NCBI GenBank assembly: GCA_023456105.1
Contig: JAEYAO010000066.1
Coordinates: 6,291 to 70,290 of the forward strand
Direction of reading: 5' to 3'
DNA from: Pseudomonadota bacterium
GTDB lineage: Bacteria > Pseudomonadota > Alphaproteobacteria > Caulobacterales > Caulobacteraceae
DNA: 64,000 bases
Position 1 is the stretch's first letter, and every line of letters begins with the position of its first letter. The position numbers and the translations under genes were made by a program. The notes below the pieces were generated by a model. That model was not told where the DNA came from, made no database searches, and saw only the letters and a list, made by a program, of their open reading frames with translations. This document shows, piece by piece, positions 7,645 through 17,192 of this stretch.

Positions 7645-9261
7645 TCAGGCGACGGCGCGGCCCGGTTGCGCCTGCGAACCGGCCTGACCGGCCGCCATGG
7701 CGGCGTTCATCGCCATGCGCAGGCGCTCGGGCTTGATCGGCTTTTCCACCACCGCGGCCATGCCGATGGACAGATAGCGACGGGCGTCTTCCGGATCGGC
7801 GTTGGCGGTCAGGGCGACGATGGGCACCAAGCCGACCGGCGGCGCCAGGGCCCGAATGGCCTGGGTGGCCTGGACGCCGTCCATGCGCGGCATTTTGATG
7901 TCCATCAGCACCATGTCGAACGGCCGTTCCTGCACGGCGGAGAGGGCCTCCAGTCCGTCCTCGGCCAGTTCGGAGGTGCAGCCGAACATCTCGCACAGGG
8001 CCTGGGCCACCACGCGGTTGGTGGCGTTGTCGTCGACGATCAGCACGTGCGGGCTGGACTGCAGGTCCAGCTCGGTCAGGTCGGAGACGTTCGACGGCGC
8101 GGCCTCTTCGATGTGAACGCGTTCGGCGTCCAGTTCGAAGGCGAAGGTCGCGCCGCTGCCGGCGTTGTTCTCGGCCCAGATGCGTCCGCCCATGCGCTCG
8201 GTGATCTGGCGGCAGATGGACAGGCCAAGACCGGCGCCGTCGGGGCCTGAGCCGTGCACGAAGGGTTCGAAGATGACGTCGACGCGATCGGCGTCCAGGC
8301 CCGGCCCGTTGTCGCGCACGCGGCCTTCCATGCGGATCCGGCCGTCGTGAGCCGTGGCGCGCAGGCTGGCCTCGACCACGCCGTTGCGCGCGAACTTCAG
8401 CGCATTGGAAATCAGGTTGTTGAACACCTGTTTGACGCGGACATCGTCGATCTCGGCCGACAGCTCGGTGTCGCCTTCGTAGCCGACCAGCAGGGTCACG
8501 CCGTCCTGCGAGGCGCGGGGCTCCCACAGGGCCTGGATGTCGTCCATGAGGGCGCGCAGCGGCGTGGGACGTGGCGAAAGCTCGAGCTCGCCGGCCTCGG
8601 CCTTGGACAGATCCAGGGCGTCCTGAAGGATGCGAAGCAGGGTTTCGGACGAGTCCACGATGGTCTGGACGTGCGCCTGGGCGGCGTCGTTCAGCGGCTG
8701 GCGGCGCAGCAGCTCGGCCACGGCCAGCACGCCGTTCATGGGCGTGCGGAGCTCATGGCTCATGATCGCCAGGAACTGGCTCTTGGCCCGCGCGGCGGTC
8801 AGGGCCTGGGTGCGGACGTCGGTCAGCACGACCGCCTGTTCGGCGATCTCGCGGCTCTGGCGATTGTGCCGATCGTTGATGGCGCGCAGCAGGGTGGCGG
8901 CGGTTCCGACACCGTCATAGAGACCGTTTCGGGTGACGATGAAGCCCCGGAACAGGTCGGACGACCCCCCCTTCAGCAGGATGTCGCAGAAATCGTCCGT
9001 CTCCAGACCCGCTTCCACCACCACCGGCTCTGCGTCCATAACGTGGATTATCGAGCGGCCGCTGTAGAGCGCCTGGCCGAAGGGGCTGGCCATCTTCAGA
9101 AGAAAAGCCGTCCGCTCGATCAGTCCGACGGGACGGCCGTTGTCGACGATCGGCAGAACCAGGGTGTCCGGCTCGCGCGCGAAACGCGCGAAGACCTCGG
9201 CGCCGGATGCGCCCGGTGTCACCGGTTCGGGCCGTTCAACTAGGGTCTCAATGGTCGGCAT
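7645..9261 (-). CDS. hybrid sensor histidine kinase/response regulator with N-terminal CBS-like sensor region
   Basis: Start MPTIETL at 9261. H-box [12 protein letters not shown]-box [12 protein letters not shown]-terminal REC ([11 protein letters not shown]...[14 protein letters not shown]). Confidence 0.85.
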   Translation of the reverse strand: MPTIETLVERPEPVTPGASGAEVFARFAREPDTLVLPIVDNGRPVGLIERTAFLLKMASPFGQALYSGRSIIHVMDAEPVVVEAGLETDDFCDILLKGGSSDLFRGFIVTRNGLYDGVGTAATLLRAINDRHNRQSREIAEQAVVLTDVRTQALTAARAKSQFLAIMSHELRTPMNGVLAVAELLRRQPLNDAAQAHVQTIVDSSETLLRILQDALDLSKAEAGELELSPRPTPLRALMDDIQALWEPRASQDGVTLLVGYEGDTELSAEIDDVRVKQVFNNLISNALKFARNGVVEASLRATAHDGRIRMEGRVRDNGPGLDADRVDVIFEPFVHGSGPDGAGLGLSICRQITERMGGRIWAENNAGSGATFAFELDAERVHIEEAAPSNVSDLTELDLQSSPHVLIVDDNATNRVVAQALCEMFGCTSELAEDGLEALSAVQERPFDMVLMDIKMPRMDGVQATQAIRALAPPVGLVPIVALTANADPEDARRYLSIGMAAVVEKPIKPERLRMAMNAAMAAGQAGSQAQPGRAVA

Positions 9262-9384
9262 ACTGGCCGGGGACTCCGTTACGAGCCTCGGTTCTGCCCG
9301 ACAACGATTTGCAGAAGGGTTAATCCCTTCGCCTTTGACAGGCCGCCGCCGCTTTTGCGCCGGCTTTCCATGTCGTGTATGCGA

Positions 9385-9412
9385 TTGACCCGCCGCCTCC
9401 ATCGGCTCCATC
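9385..9412 (+). promoter_or_regulatory. candidate Caulobacter-type housekeeping promoter for queC (TTGACCC-N13-GCTCCATC)
   Basis: Resembles the TTGACGS-N10-14-GCTANAWC consensus with one mismatch in each element. It lies about 40 nt upstream of ATG 9454. Confidence 0.3.
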
Positions 9413-9453
9413 TCTTTCGCATGCGCGCGGCCGTGGCCGACCGCAGGTTTGTC

Positions 9454-10164
9454 ATGAGCGATACCCAGACCTCGACCTCCGCACTTGTGCTGTTTTCCGG
9501 CGGGCAGGACAGCGCCACCTGCCTGGCCTGGGCGCTGGAGCGGTTCGACCGGGTGGAGACGGTCGGCTTCGACTACGGCCAGCGGCATGTGGTCGAGATG
9601 CAGGCGCGCCAGGCCGTGCGCGAAGGCATGCGGGCCGCCCTGCCGGCGCTCGCCGCACGGCTGGGCGACGACCATGTGGTGGACCTGACAGGCTATGGTC
9701 GCATCGCCGAAAGCGCGCTGACGGCCGACCGCAAGATCGAGATGGACGCGCGCGGCCTGCCGACGACATTCGTGCCCGGGCGCAACCTGATCTTTTTGGT
9801 CGCGGCGGCGGCGCTGGCGGACCGGCGAGGGTTGGAGGTGCTGGTCGGAGGCATGTGCGAGACGGACTATTCCGGCTATCCGGATTGTCGGCACGAGACG
9901 ATGCAGGCGATGGCCCGGGCGCTGTCGCTGGGGCTGGACAAGCCTGTCGCCATCGAAACGCCGCTGATGTGGCTGACGAAGGCGCAGACCTGGGCGCTGG
10001 CCGACCGGATCGGCGGCAAGGCGCTGGTCGAGCTTATCGTCGAGGACAGCCACACCTGCTACCTGGGCGACCGCACGCACCGGCGCGCCTGGGGTTACGG
10101 CTGCGGCGAGTGCCCGGCCTGCGAGCTGCGCGCGGCCGGCTATTCGGAATGGGCGTCGGCGTGA
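9454..10164 (+). CDS. queC: 7-cyano-7-deazaguanine synthase
   Basis: [21 protein letters not shown]-loop and a C-terminal Cys cluster CGECPAC. Confidence 0.9.
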   Translation: MSDTQTSTSALVLFSGGQDSATCLAWALERFDRVETVGFDYGQRHVVEMQARQAVREGMRAALPALAARLGDDHVVDLTGYGRIAESALTADRKIEMDARGLPTTFVPGRNLIFLVAAAALADRRGLEVLVGGMCETDYSGYPDCRHETMQAMARALSLGLDKPVAIETPLMWLTKAQTWALADRIGGKALVELIVEDSHTCYLGDRTHRRAWGYGCGECPACELRAAGYSEWASA

Positions 10165-10796
10165 CCTATTCGGCCAAGGAAGTGTTCCTGACGGTGCAGG
10201 GCGAGGGCGGGCAGGCGGGGCGGCCGGCCGTGTTCCTGCGTTTCGCCGGCTGCAACCTGTGGAGCGGGCGCGAGCAGGACCGGGCGGGGGCCGTCTGCAC
10301 CTTCTGCGATACCGACTTCGTAGGCGTGGACGGCGACGGGGGCGGCAAGTTCGCCACGGCTGACGGTCTGGCCGACCATGTCGCGTCCAAGTGGCGGGGC
10401 AGGGAGGGCGATCCCCGGCTGGTGGTCTGCACGGGAGGCGAGCCGCTGCTGCAGCTGGACGGGCCGCTGATCGATGCGCTGCACGCGCGCGGCTTCGAGA
10501 TCGCCATCGAGTCCAACGGCACGCTGGAGGCGCCCGACGGGATCGACTGGATCTGCGTCAGCCCGAAGGCGTCGGCGCCGGTGGTGCAGACGCGCGGCCA
10601 GGAGCTGAAACTGGTCTATCCCCAGGCACAGGCCATGCCCGAGCGGTTCGAGCATCTGCCGTTCGAGCGCTTCTGGCTGCAGCCCATGGACGGGCCGGAC
10701 CAGGCGGCCAACACCGCCGCCGCGCTCGAATACTGCCTGACCCATCCCCAGTGGCGCCTCAGCGTCCAGACCCACAAGTACATCGGCGTGCGTTGA
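10149..10796 (+). CDS. queE: 7-carboxy-7-deazaguanine synthase (radical SAM)
   Basis: [12 protein letters not shown]...CTFCDTDF cluster and a QTHKYIG C-terminus. The start is 10149 or GTG 10161, overlapping the queC stop. Confidence 0.85.
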   Translation: MGVGVTYSAKEVFLTVQGEGGQAGRPAVFLRFAGCNLWSGREQDRAGAVCTFCDTDFVGVDGDGGGKFATADGLADHVASKWRGREGDPRLVVCTGGEPLLQLDGPLIDALHARGFEIAIESNGTLEAPDGIDWICVSPKASAPVVQTRGQELKLVYPQAQAMPERFEHLPFERFWLQPMDGPDQAANTAAALEYCLTHPQWRLSVQTHKYIGVR

Positions 10797-11164
10797 TGCC
10801 CTTTTTCGAGATCACCAAACAGGCGACGTTCGACGCCGCGCATCACTTTCCGGACGAGCCGGAAGGCAGCATCTATCGGCGGCTGCACGGCCATTCCTTC
10901 ACCGTCGAGGCCACGGTGCGCTCGGAGACTCTGGACGCCGAGCACGCCTGGGTGGCGGACCTGGGGGCGCTGGATCGGGCGCTCAGGGCGGCGGCCGAAG
11001 AGCTGGATCACGGCCTGCTGAACGAGCATCCGGGGCTGGAGCTGCCAAGCCTGGAGAACCTCTGCCTCTGGTTCGTGCGCCGGCTGCAGCCGGCCTGGCC
11101 GGGGCTGGCGCGCATCCAGGTGGCGCGGCCGACCATCAACGAGCGGTGCGTGCTGACGCTGTGA
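10796..11164 (+). CDS. queD: 6-carboxy-5,6,7,8-tetrahydropterin synthase
   Basis: FDAAHHFP...HGHSF motifs. The ATG overlaps the queE TGA (TGATG). Confidence 0.9.
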   Translation: MPFFEITKQATFDAAHHFPDEPEGSIYRRLHGHSFTVEATVRSETLDAEHAWVADLGALDRALRAAAEELDHGLLNEHPGLELPSLENLCLWFVRRLQPAWPGLARIQVARPTINERCVLTL

Positions 11165-11637
11165 GGGTGCGGCCCTACCTGCCCACGGACGCCGAGCCGC
11201 TCAGCCGCCTCTACGCACGGTCGATCCAGGCGCATGCGGCGAGCGACTATTCGCATGAACAGCGCGCCGCCTGGGCGCGCCTGGCGCCGTCCGCCGAGCG
11301 GCTGGAGGCGCTGATGGCGGACGGGCGTCGGCGCTTCGTCGCCGTTGAGGGCGAGACGGTCGTCGGCTTCCTCGATCTGGAGGCGAACGGCCACATCCAC
11401 CTTCTTTACAAGGCTCCTGAAGCCGAGCGGGGCGTGGCCGCAAGCCTGCTCCAGGCCGCCGAGGGCGCCTGCGCGCGCGAAGGCGTCTCGCGTCTGTTCG
11501 CCGAAGCGAGCGAGCCCGCGCGGCGCTTCCTAGAGCGACATGGCTTCACCACTCTTCAGCGTCGCGACCTGGAGGTGGAGGGCGTCGCCATCCACAACTA
11601 CGCCGTCGAAAAGCGGCTCGAGGGGAAGGACGTTTAG
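11161..11637 (+). CDS. GNAT family N-acetyltransferase
   Basis: GNAT-like core (VVGFLDLE...IHLLYK...RGVAASLL). GTG 11161 overlaps the queD stop (GTGA). An alternative start is at 11146. Confidence 0.7.
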   Translation: MRVRPYLPTDAEPLSRLYARSIQAHAASDYSHEQRAAWARLAPSAERLEALMADGRRRFVAVEGETVVGFLDLEANGHIHLLYKAPEAERGVAASLLQAAEGACAREGVSRLFAEASEPARRFLERHGFTTLQRRDLEVEGVAIHNYAVEKRLEGKDV

Positions 11638-11660
11638 GCGCGGTCGAGCAGGGAACGGCG

Positions 11661-11936
11661 TCAGCAGCGCTTGCCCTGGCGTTGACGCTGCTCGCAGCGG
11701 CGCTGCTCGCGTTCCCATTCGCGCTGTTCGCGTTCGCGGCGCAGCCGGGTTTCCTCGTCCGAGGTGGTGACGGCGTCGACGCCCGCGCCGACCACCGAGC
11801 CGGCGGCCTTGGCCGTGCCGCCGACCACGGCCGCCGTGCCTCCGACGACCGCGCCCACGAGACAGCCCTGAAGCATCAGGGCCGATCCGAGGACAAGCGC
11901 CAGGGCGGCGGCGCGGCGAGGCAGGCGAGCGGTCAT
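11661..11936 (-). CDS. small lipoprotein with Gly/Ala/Val-rich core and highly charged Arg/Glu/Gln C-terminal tail
   Basis: Signal peptide plus lipobox LQGC. The tail is EETRLRREREQREWEREQRRCEQRQRQGKRC. Confidence 0.55.
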   Translation of the reverse strand: MTARLPRRAAALALVLGSALMLQGCLVGAVVGGTAAVVGGTAKAAGSVVGAGVDAVTTSDEETRLRREREQREWEREQRRCEQRQRQGKRC

Positions 11937-12011
11937 GGCGGCGTCTCCGGGTGACGGATGCAGCCTGCCCGCATAATGGTGAACGGAGGCTGACTTCGGG
12001 CGAACGCGGTC

Positions 12012-14108
12012 CTACAGCGGCGTCAGTTCGGCCCGGTCGGCGCCGTGGACCGCTCGCAGACGCCACTCCCGGCCATGGATGTGGAGCACATCGACCTCGA
12101 TGGCCTCCCATCCCCGCGGCAGGACCACGGGGCGCACGGGCCAGCGTTCGGGCGGGCCGTCGTCGATCCGCAGCGCCGGCAGTCCAAACAGGAGGCCGGT
12201 CAGGAAACCGCCCGTATTGGCCACGAACGGCCCGGCCGCCGGCCCCTCCATCTTGTCGAGCCGATACTCCAGCGTCTGTTCGAAGCGGCCGTGCATGTAG
12301 GCGCCGTAGCCCTCGTGCATCAGCTTCAGCGACAGGTCGCGGTCACCGAGCCAGGCCGCCCACGTCCCGTAAAGCGCCGCCAGCATGGGGGAGCCAACAT
12401 AGTCCTCCCACTGATCCAGATAGAAGCGAAGGGTCGCTTCTTGTGTCTGGGGATCCAACGGCGACCAGTAGGGAAAGATCGCCATCAGCGGAGAGGGGGT
12501 GGCGCCCTTCTCCTCGCCCCTGCGGTAGCCGATGTGGGAGGCGATGGCGCCGTCCGCGCGGATCGGCGGGCTGATGGCGTCGGCGGCTTCGAGCCATGCG
12601 GAAGGCGCGGGCAGATCCAGCCGTTCGGCCGCGCCCTGCGCCGCCTGCAGCATCAGCCGGCCGCTCATCAGGGTCAGGGCGTCGTCGTCCACCGTGGTCT
12701 CGCGCTCGGCCGGGCCGCCGATGTCGCGCAGATGGCGGGAGCCGTCAGGATCGGTTTCTAGCCGGGCGGTCAGCCAGTCGGCCACGCCCGAGAGCACCGG
12801 CCAGGCCTGGTCGCGCAGGAAGCGGCCGTCGCCCGTCGCCTTGGCGTGGAAGTCGAAGGCGCGCGCGACATGCATGTTGATGTGCAACTCGCGAAAGAGG
12901 GCGTCGCCGCCGCCGGGCGTCGCCTCCTGTCCCGACGAAGGCGCGGCCTCCCACGGGAACTGAAGCCCGGGAAGTCCCATCAGCCGGGCGTTGTCTCGGG
13001 CGGCGTTGAGCCCACGGGTGCGGAAATCCAGCAGGGCCCTGGCCGCTCCCGGCTGCACGACGCTCAGCACCGGCGTGGCGAAGGCGTCGATGTCCCACAT
13101 CACATGCCCGAAATAGTAGTGGTAGTCCGGCCAGGCCGCGAGGCCGAAGATCGAGGTGGAGGAGGGCGAGGACGGGTGGGTCGAAGCGTTCAGGTAGAAC
13201 AGGGCGGCGTCGGCCAGAGCCTGCCAGCGGACATCGGCGCCGACCAGGCGGATGCGGCTGCGCCACAGGCGGGCCCAGCATCGCCGGTTGTCGGCGCGCA
13301 GGCGTTCGAAGCCCAGATGCTTCGCCTGCGCGCACAGGCGCGTGGCGTGGAGGTGCGGCTGGGCGTGCAGTTGGCTGGGAACAAGAGCGACGATCTGCGT
13401 CAGGACCACCGAGCGGCCGGCGTCGATGGACAGCGCGTATTCCGTCATCAGCGGGCCGGTGCGGTTCCACTGGTCGACGGACCGTTCGGCGCCTTCAGGC
13501 GCTTGGGTGAGGTAGGCGACGCCGCAGCGCGACAGATCGCCGTCGCCCGCCCACAGCAGAGCGCCGTCGCAGACGGGGGTTGCTTCTCCCGGCGTGTCGG
13601 TGAGCCGCTGCACCAGGCGGCCCCGCGCCCAATGCGGATCGATGCGAGCGCGCCAGCTCAGACGACATGCGGCGGAGGCGGTGACGCGCAGCTGCTGGCA
13701 GACAAGGGCGGGCTGGTCGCGCGAGCAGAAGGTCAGAATTTCGACATCGAGCCTGACATCGCCGGCGGTGTAGGTGATCCGGGTGGTCAGCTCGCCGCTT
13801 TCGAAATCCAGAGCCTGATCGACAGGCTGGAAGCCGGACGGATTGTCGCTGAGCCAGACGCCGTCGACGCCGAGATCGCCGGCCAGCGGGTAGGGAGCGG
13901 GGCACAGGCCCTCGACGAGGCGTTCGGGGTGCTCGCCCGAGAACCCGGAGACGATGCACATGCCGGCTTCCAGCGGGTTCTCGCGCACCCGAAGCCCGAT
14001 CATGCCGTTGGACAGGTAGGCGGGAAGGTCGGAGCCGCGTGGACCAACGGCCGGCGGCGGGCTGATGGGGCGATGGGGATCGGCGGGCGGCATGCCGGAT
14101 GAAATCAC
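12012..14108 (-). CDS. glycoside hydrolase family 65-like protein
   Basis: YLSNGMIGLRV near the N-terminus, FGHVMWDIDAF, QFPWEAA (general-acid Glu context), (alpha/alpha)6-like length. Confidence 0.65.
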   Translation of the reverse strand: MISSGMPPADPHRPISPPPAVGPRGSDLPAYLSNGMIGLRVRENPLEAGMCIVSGFSGEHPERLVEGLCPAPYPLAGDLGVDGVWLSDNPSGFQPVDQALDFESGELTTRITYTAGDVRLDVEILTFCSRDQPALVCQQLRVTASAACRLSWRARIDPHWARGRLVQRLTDTPGEATPVCDGALLWAGDGDLSRCGVAYLTQAPEGAERSVDQWNRTGPLMTEYALSIDAGRSVVLTQIVALVPSQLHAQPHLHATRLCAQAKHLGFERLRADNRRCWARLWRSRIRLVGADVRWQALADAALFYLNASTHPSSPSSTSIFGLAAWPDYHYYFGHVMWDIDAFATPVLSVVQPGAARALLDFRTRGLNAARDNARLMGLPGLQFPWEAAPSSGQEATPGGGDALFRELHINMHVARAFDFHAKATGDGRFLRDQAWPVLSGVADWLTARLETDPDGSRHLRDIGGPAERETTVDDDALTLMSGRLMLQAAQGAAERLDLPAPSAWLEAADAISPPIRADGAIASHIGYRRGEEKGATPSPLMAIFPYWSPLDPQTQEATLRFYLDQWEDYVGSPMLAALYGTWAAWLGDRDLSLKLMHEGYGAYMHGRFEQTLEYRLDKMEGPAAGPFVANTGGFLTGLLFGLPALRIDDGPPERWPVRPVVLPRGWEAIEVDVLHIHGREWRLRAVHGADRAELTPL

Positions 14109-14141
14109 AGGCCGGCGACGCGGTTCCGCCCCGGCCAGCCG

Positions 14142-15368
14142 TCAGTCGGCAACCGCGCTCGTCGTCGTGATGAAGCCGCCGCCCAGCAGGCGGTCGGGAT
14201 CGGCCGGGTCGTAGAGGGCGCAGGCCTGGCCCGGCGCGACGCCTTCCTCGCCTTCGTCGAACACGACCGACACCGCGCCGTTCATGAGCGACAGGCGTGC
14301 GGGCGAGGGTTGGCGGGTCGAGCGTACGCGCGCGAGGACCGGCAGGCCGACGCCGGCTGCGGCCGCGATGGAGGGCTGGTCGCCCAGCCAGTTTGTCTCC
14401 TCGAGCGTGAGGCTGGCGGTCAGCAGGGCCTCGCGCGGGCCGACCACGACGCGCCGCGCCTCGGGCTCCAGCCGCACCACGAACAGGGGTTCGCCCACGG
14501 CGACGTTCAGACCCCGGCGCTGGCCAATGGTGTAGTCGGTGATGCCGCCGTGACGGCCGAGCACGCGGCCGTCCATGTGCACGATCTCGCCGCCCTCGCG
14601 CCCCTGCGGCCGCAGCCGGTCGATCAGGGTGCGGTAGTCGCCGGAGGGGACGAAGCAGATGTCCTGGCTGTCCGGCTTGGCGGCGATCCGCAGGCCGAGT
14701 TCTGCCGCGACGCCCCGCACCTGGGGCTTCTCCAGATCGGCCAGGGGAAAGCGCAGATAGTCCAGCTGATCCGGCGTGGTGGCGAACAGGAAGTAGGACT
14801 GGTCGCGGGAGTGGTCGATCGCCTTGCGCATCTGGCTGCGGCCCTCCGGACCCACGGCGCGCCGGACATAGTGGCCGGTGGCCATGGCCTCGGCGCCCAG
14901 ATCGCGCGCGACGTCCAGCAGATCCCTGAACTTCACCGTCTGATTGCAGCGGATGCAGGGAACCGGCGTCTGGCCTTTCAGATAGCTGTCGGCGAACTGG
15001 TCGATGACGGCGTCGCGGAAGCGGCTTTCGTAATCCAGCACATAGTGGGGGATGCCGATGGTTTCGGCCGCCAGACGGGCGTCGTGGATGTCCTGACCGG
15101 CGCAGCAGGCGCCCTTCTTCTTCAGCGCCGCGCCGTGGTCATAGAGCTGCAGCGTGACGCCGACGACGTCGTAGCCGGCCTTGTGCAGCAGGGCGGCGAC
15201 CACGGTGGAGTCCACGCCGCCCGACATGGCGGCGACCACGCGGCTGCCGAGCGGCAGGCCCACCGCCGCGCGCGCCTGTTCGATCGCCGTGTCCATGTCG
15301 GCCCGAGAGGACATGGGGGCTATGGTCGGCACGGGGCAAAGCGGCTCTGCGAGCGTCATGGCCGCCAT
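14142..15368 (-). CDS. mnmA: tRNA 2-thiouridine(34) synthase
   Basis: [20 protein letters not shown]-loop and CIRCN motif. The exact start is uncertain. Confidence 0.9.
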   Translation of the reverse strand: MAAMTLAEPLCPVPTIAPMSSRADMDTAIEQARAAVGLPLGSRVVAAMSGGVDSTVVAALLHKAGYDVVGVTLQLYDHGAALKKKGACCAGQDIHDARLAAETIGIPHYVLDYESRFRDAVIDQFADSYLKGQTPVPCIRCNQTVKFRDLLDVARDLGAEAMATGHYVRRAVGPEGRSQMRKAIDHSRDQSYFLFATTPDQLDYLRFPLADLEKPQVRGVAAELGLRIAAKPDSQDICFVPSGDYRTLIDRLRPQGREGGEIVHMDGRVLGRHGGITDYTIGQRRGLNVAVGEPLFVVRLEPEARRVVVGPREALLTASLTLEETNWLGDQPSIAAAAGVGLPVLARVRSTRQPSPARLSLMNGAVSVVFDEGEEGVAPGQACALYDPADPDRLLGGGFITTTSAVAD

Positions 15369-15415
15369 ATAGGCCGATCGCCGGCGGTTTTCGAGCCGCC
15401 GGCGTCCACGGCCGT

Positions 15416-16162
15416 TTAGCGCGCGCCGTTCAGCGTGTTGAACACCTCGGCGTACTGGCCGCGGCTCTCCGCGCCCGACAGGAACTTAACCCGCTCGACC
15501 AGCACCTCGTCACGCCCGGCTTCGAACAGGGCGAGGCTTTCGGCGGTGAAGTCCGCCAGGGGCATGGAGTTGGGGTCCTCGGCATGGCCGGGCATCAGGT
15601 CGGTGGCGACGGCGGGCGGGGCCCATTCGATCACGCGGACGTTGGTGTCCTTCAGTTGATGGCGCAGCGACTGGCTCCAGGAATGGATCGCCGCCTTGGT
15701 GGCGCTGTAGGTCGGGGTGGCCGCAAGCGGCACGAACGCCAGACCCGAAGACACCGTGACGATGCTGGCCGAGGGCTTGGTCATGAGATGCGGCAGCAGG
15801 GCGGCCGTCAGGCGGATCGGTCCCAGGAGGTTGGCGGCGATCGTGTCTTCCACCACGCCGAGGTCGAAGGCGCCGGCCGACACGTCCTCGGTCTTCATGA
15901 TCCCGGCGTTGTGAACCACGGCGTTCAGGTCGGGATGGGCGGCGATGATCCGCTCGGCAAAAGCGGTGATGTCGGCGGCGTCGGCGACGTCGAGGACCGC
16001 ATAGGCCATGCCGGGGTTGGCGGCGGCGACCTCGGCCAGGGCGGCCTCGCGGCGGCCGGCGATGATGACCTTTGCGCCTCGGGCGTGAACCGCCTCTGCG
16101 AAGGCCCGGCCGATGCCGGAGCCGCCGCCGGTGATCAGGATGGTGTCTTCAGCGATGTTCAT
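15416..16162 (-). CDS. SDR family oxidoreductase
   Basis: TGGGSGIG Rossmann motif and YSATKAA catalytic motif. Confidence 0.85.
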   Translation of the reverse strand: MNIAEDTILITGGGSGIGRAFAEAVHARGAKVIIAGRREAALAEVAAANPGMAYAVLDVADAADITAFAERIIAAHPDLNAVVHNAGIMKTEDVSAGAFDLGVVEDTIAANLLGPIRLTAALLPHLMTKPSASIVTVSSGLAFVPLAATPTYSATKAAIHSWSQSLRHQLKDTNVRVIEWAPPAVATDLMPGHAEDPNSMPLADFTAESLALFEAGRDEVLVERVKFLSGAESRGQYAEVFNTLNGAR

Positions 16163-16266
16163 GGTGCGCCTCCTGCGGCTTGCCTGCGATCTCGGAGGAG
16201 ATAGAAGAGGCGCTGGCGATCAGAAAGCAGGCACCGGATCGTGAGGTACTTACCAAAAGGGAAGAA

Positions 16267-16677
16267 ATGGCGATGACGGCCCTTCAGCCTGTGCGCGCAC
16301 TCGAATATCCGCCGGTCGATCCTCGCGTCGAGGCGCTGGTCAACGAGGTGATCGGGCGGGTCGCGGACAAATGGACCATGATCGTTCTGGACGTCCTGGC
16401 CGAGAACGGGGAGCTGCGCTTCACCCGCATCGCCGCCCTGTCCGGCGGCGTCAGCCAGAAGATGCTGACCCAGACGCTGCGTCAGATGGAGCGCGACGGG
16501 CTGGTGGTGCGCACCGTTCACGCGGTGATCCCGCCCAAGGTCGAGTATCGCCTGACCGACCTGGGCTTCAGCCTGGCCGAGGCCTTTTGCGGGGTATGGA
16601 CCTGGGCCGAGACGCATCTCGACCGCATCGAGGCCGCCCGGCAGGCGTTCGACGCCGCGCGAGCGAGCGCCCGCTGA
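16267..16677 (+). CDS. HxlR family transcriptional regulator
   Basis: DKWTMIVLDVL...RFTRI...VSQKMLTQTLRQMERDGLV...VEYRLT. It is divergent from the SDR gene. Start taken at MAMTAL. Confidence 0.8.
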   Translation: MAMTALQPVRALEYPPVDPRVEALVNEVIGRVADKWTMIVLDVLAENGELRFTRIAALSGGVSQKMLTQTLRQMERDGLVVRTVHAVIPPKVEYRLTDLGFSLAEAFCGVWTWAETHLDRIEAARQAFDAARASAR

Positions 16678-16687
16678 GAAACGAAAA

Positions 16688-16715
16688 CGGCCGCCTCCCT
16701 CACCGGAAGCGGCCG
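16688..16715. terminator. bidirectional hairpin between HxlR gene and sciP
   Basis: cggccgc ... gcggccg with a 14-nt loop, preceded by aaaa and followed by tgtg. Confidence 0.45.
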
Positions 16716-16738
16716 TGTGATCGATGGCGCTGGGCCGT

Positions 16739-17023
16739 TTAGGAGCGGTAGCTCTGGATCCGCGTGGTGCGCAGGCCCTGCATGCCCCATTTGTCGATGG
16801 CCTTCTGCCAGGCGACGAATTCCTCGGCCGTGAGGCGGTAACGCGAGAGGGCGTCCTCCAGGCTGATCAGGCCCCCGCGCACGGCGGCGACCACCTCGGC
16901 CTTGCGTCGGATGACCCATCGGTCCGTGTTGGCCGGAGGCAGGTCGGCAAGGGTCAGGGCCGAGCCCGTCGGTCCCACCACGTATTGTTCGCCTTTGCTG
17001 TTCAGGCGTCGCTCTTGCAACAT
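16739..17023 (-). CDS. sciP: DUF1153 protein, SciP-like small CtrA inhibitor
   Basis: LADLPPANTDRWVIRRKAEVVAAVRGGLISLEDA...GLRTTRIQSYR. It sits next to flgE, as in Caulobacter. Confidence 0.8.
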   Translation of the reverse strand: MLQERRLNSKGEQYVVGPTGSALTLADLPPANTDRWVIRRKAEVVAAVRGGLISLEDALSRYRLTAEEFVAWQKAIDKWGMQGLRTTRIQSYRS

Positions 17024-17074
17024 GGGCTTATGCCTCTTCCACCACCGTACTGCGGTGAAGGTAGGACCTCGCGG

Positions 17075-17089
17075 CTAAAGGCCGTTTAA
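17075..17089. promoter_or_regulatory. CtrA-box-like site CTAA-N7-TTAA upstream of sciP
   Basis: One mismatch to TTAA-N7-TTAA. It lies 52-66 nt upstream of the sciP start. Confidence 0.35.
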
Positions 17090-17192
17090 GCGGCGTGGTG
17101 AAGGAAGGAATAATCCGTCCCCGCACGTTAACGTCCGCGAAGTCCCTTTTTGAGCAACGATTCATTTAGACTAACGATGACTTAGCGAAAGA

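Noticed and set aside
9262-9453. Possible preQ1 riboswitch upstream of queC.
   Set aside because: I could not find a preQ1-I/II/III-like aptamer (no conserved loop or A-rich tail plus pseudoknot arrangement). There is only a small hairpin, gaaggg-ttaat-cccttc. An Infernal scan would be the decisive check.
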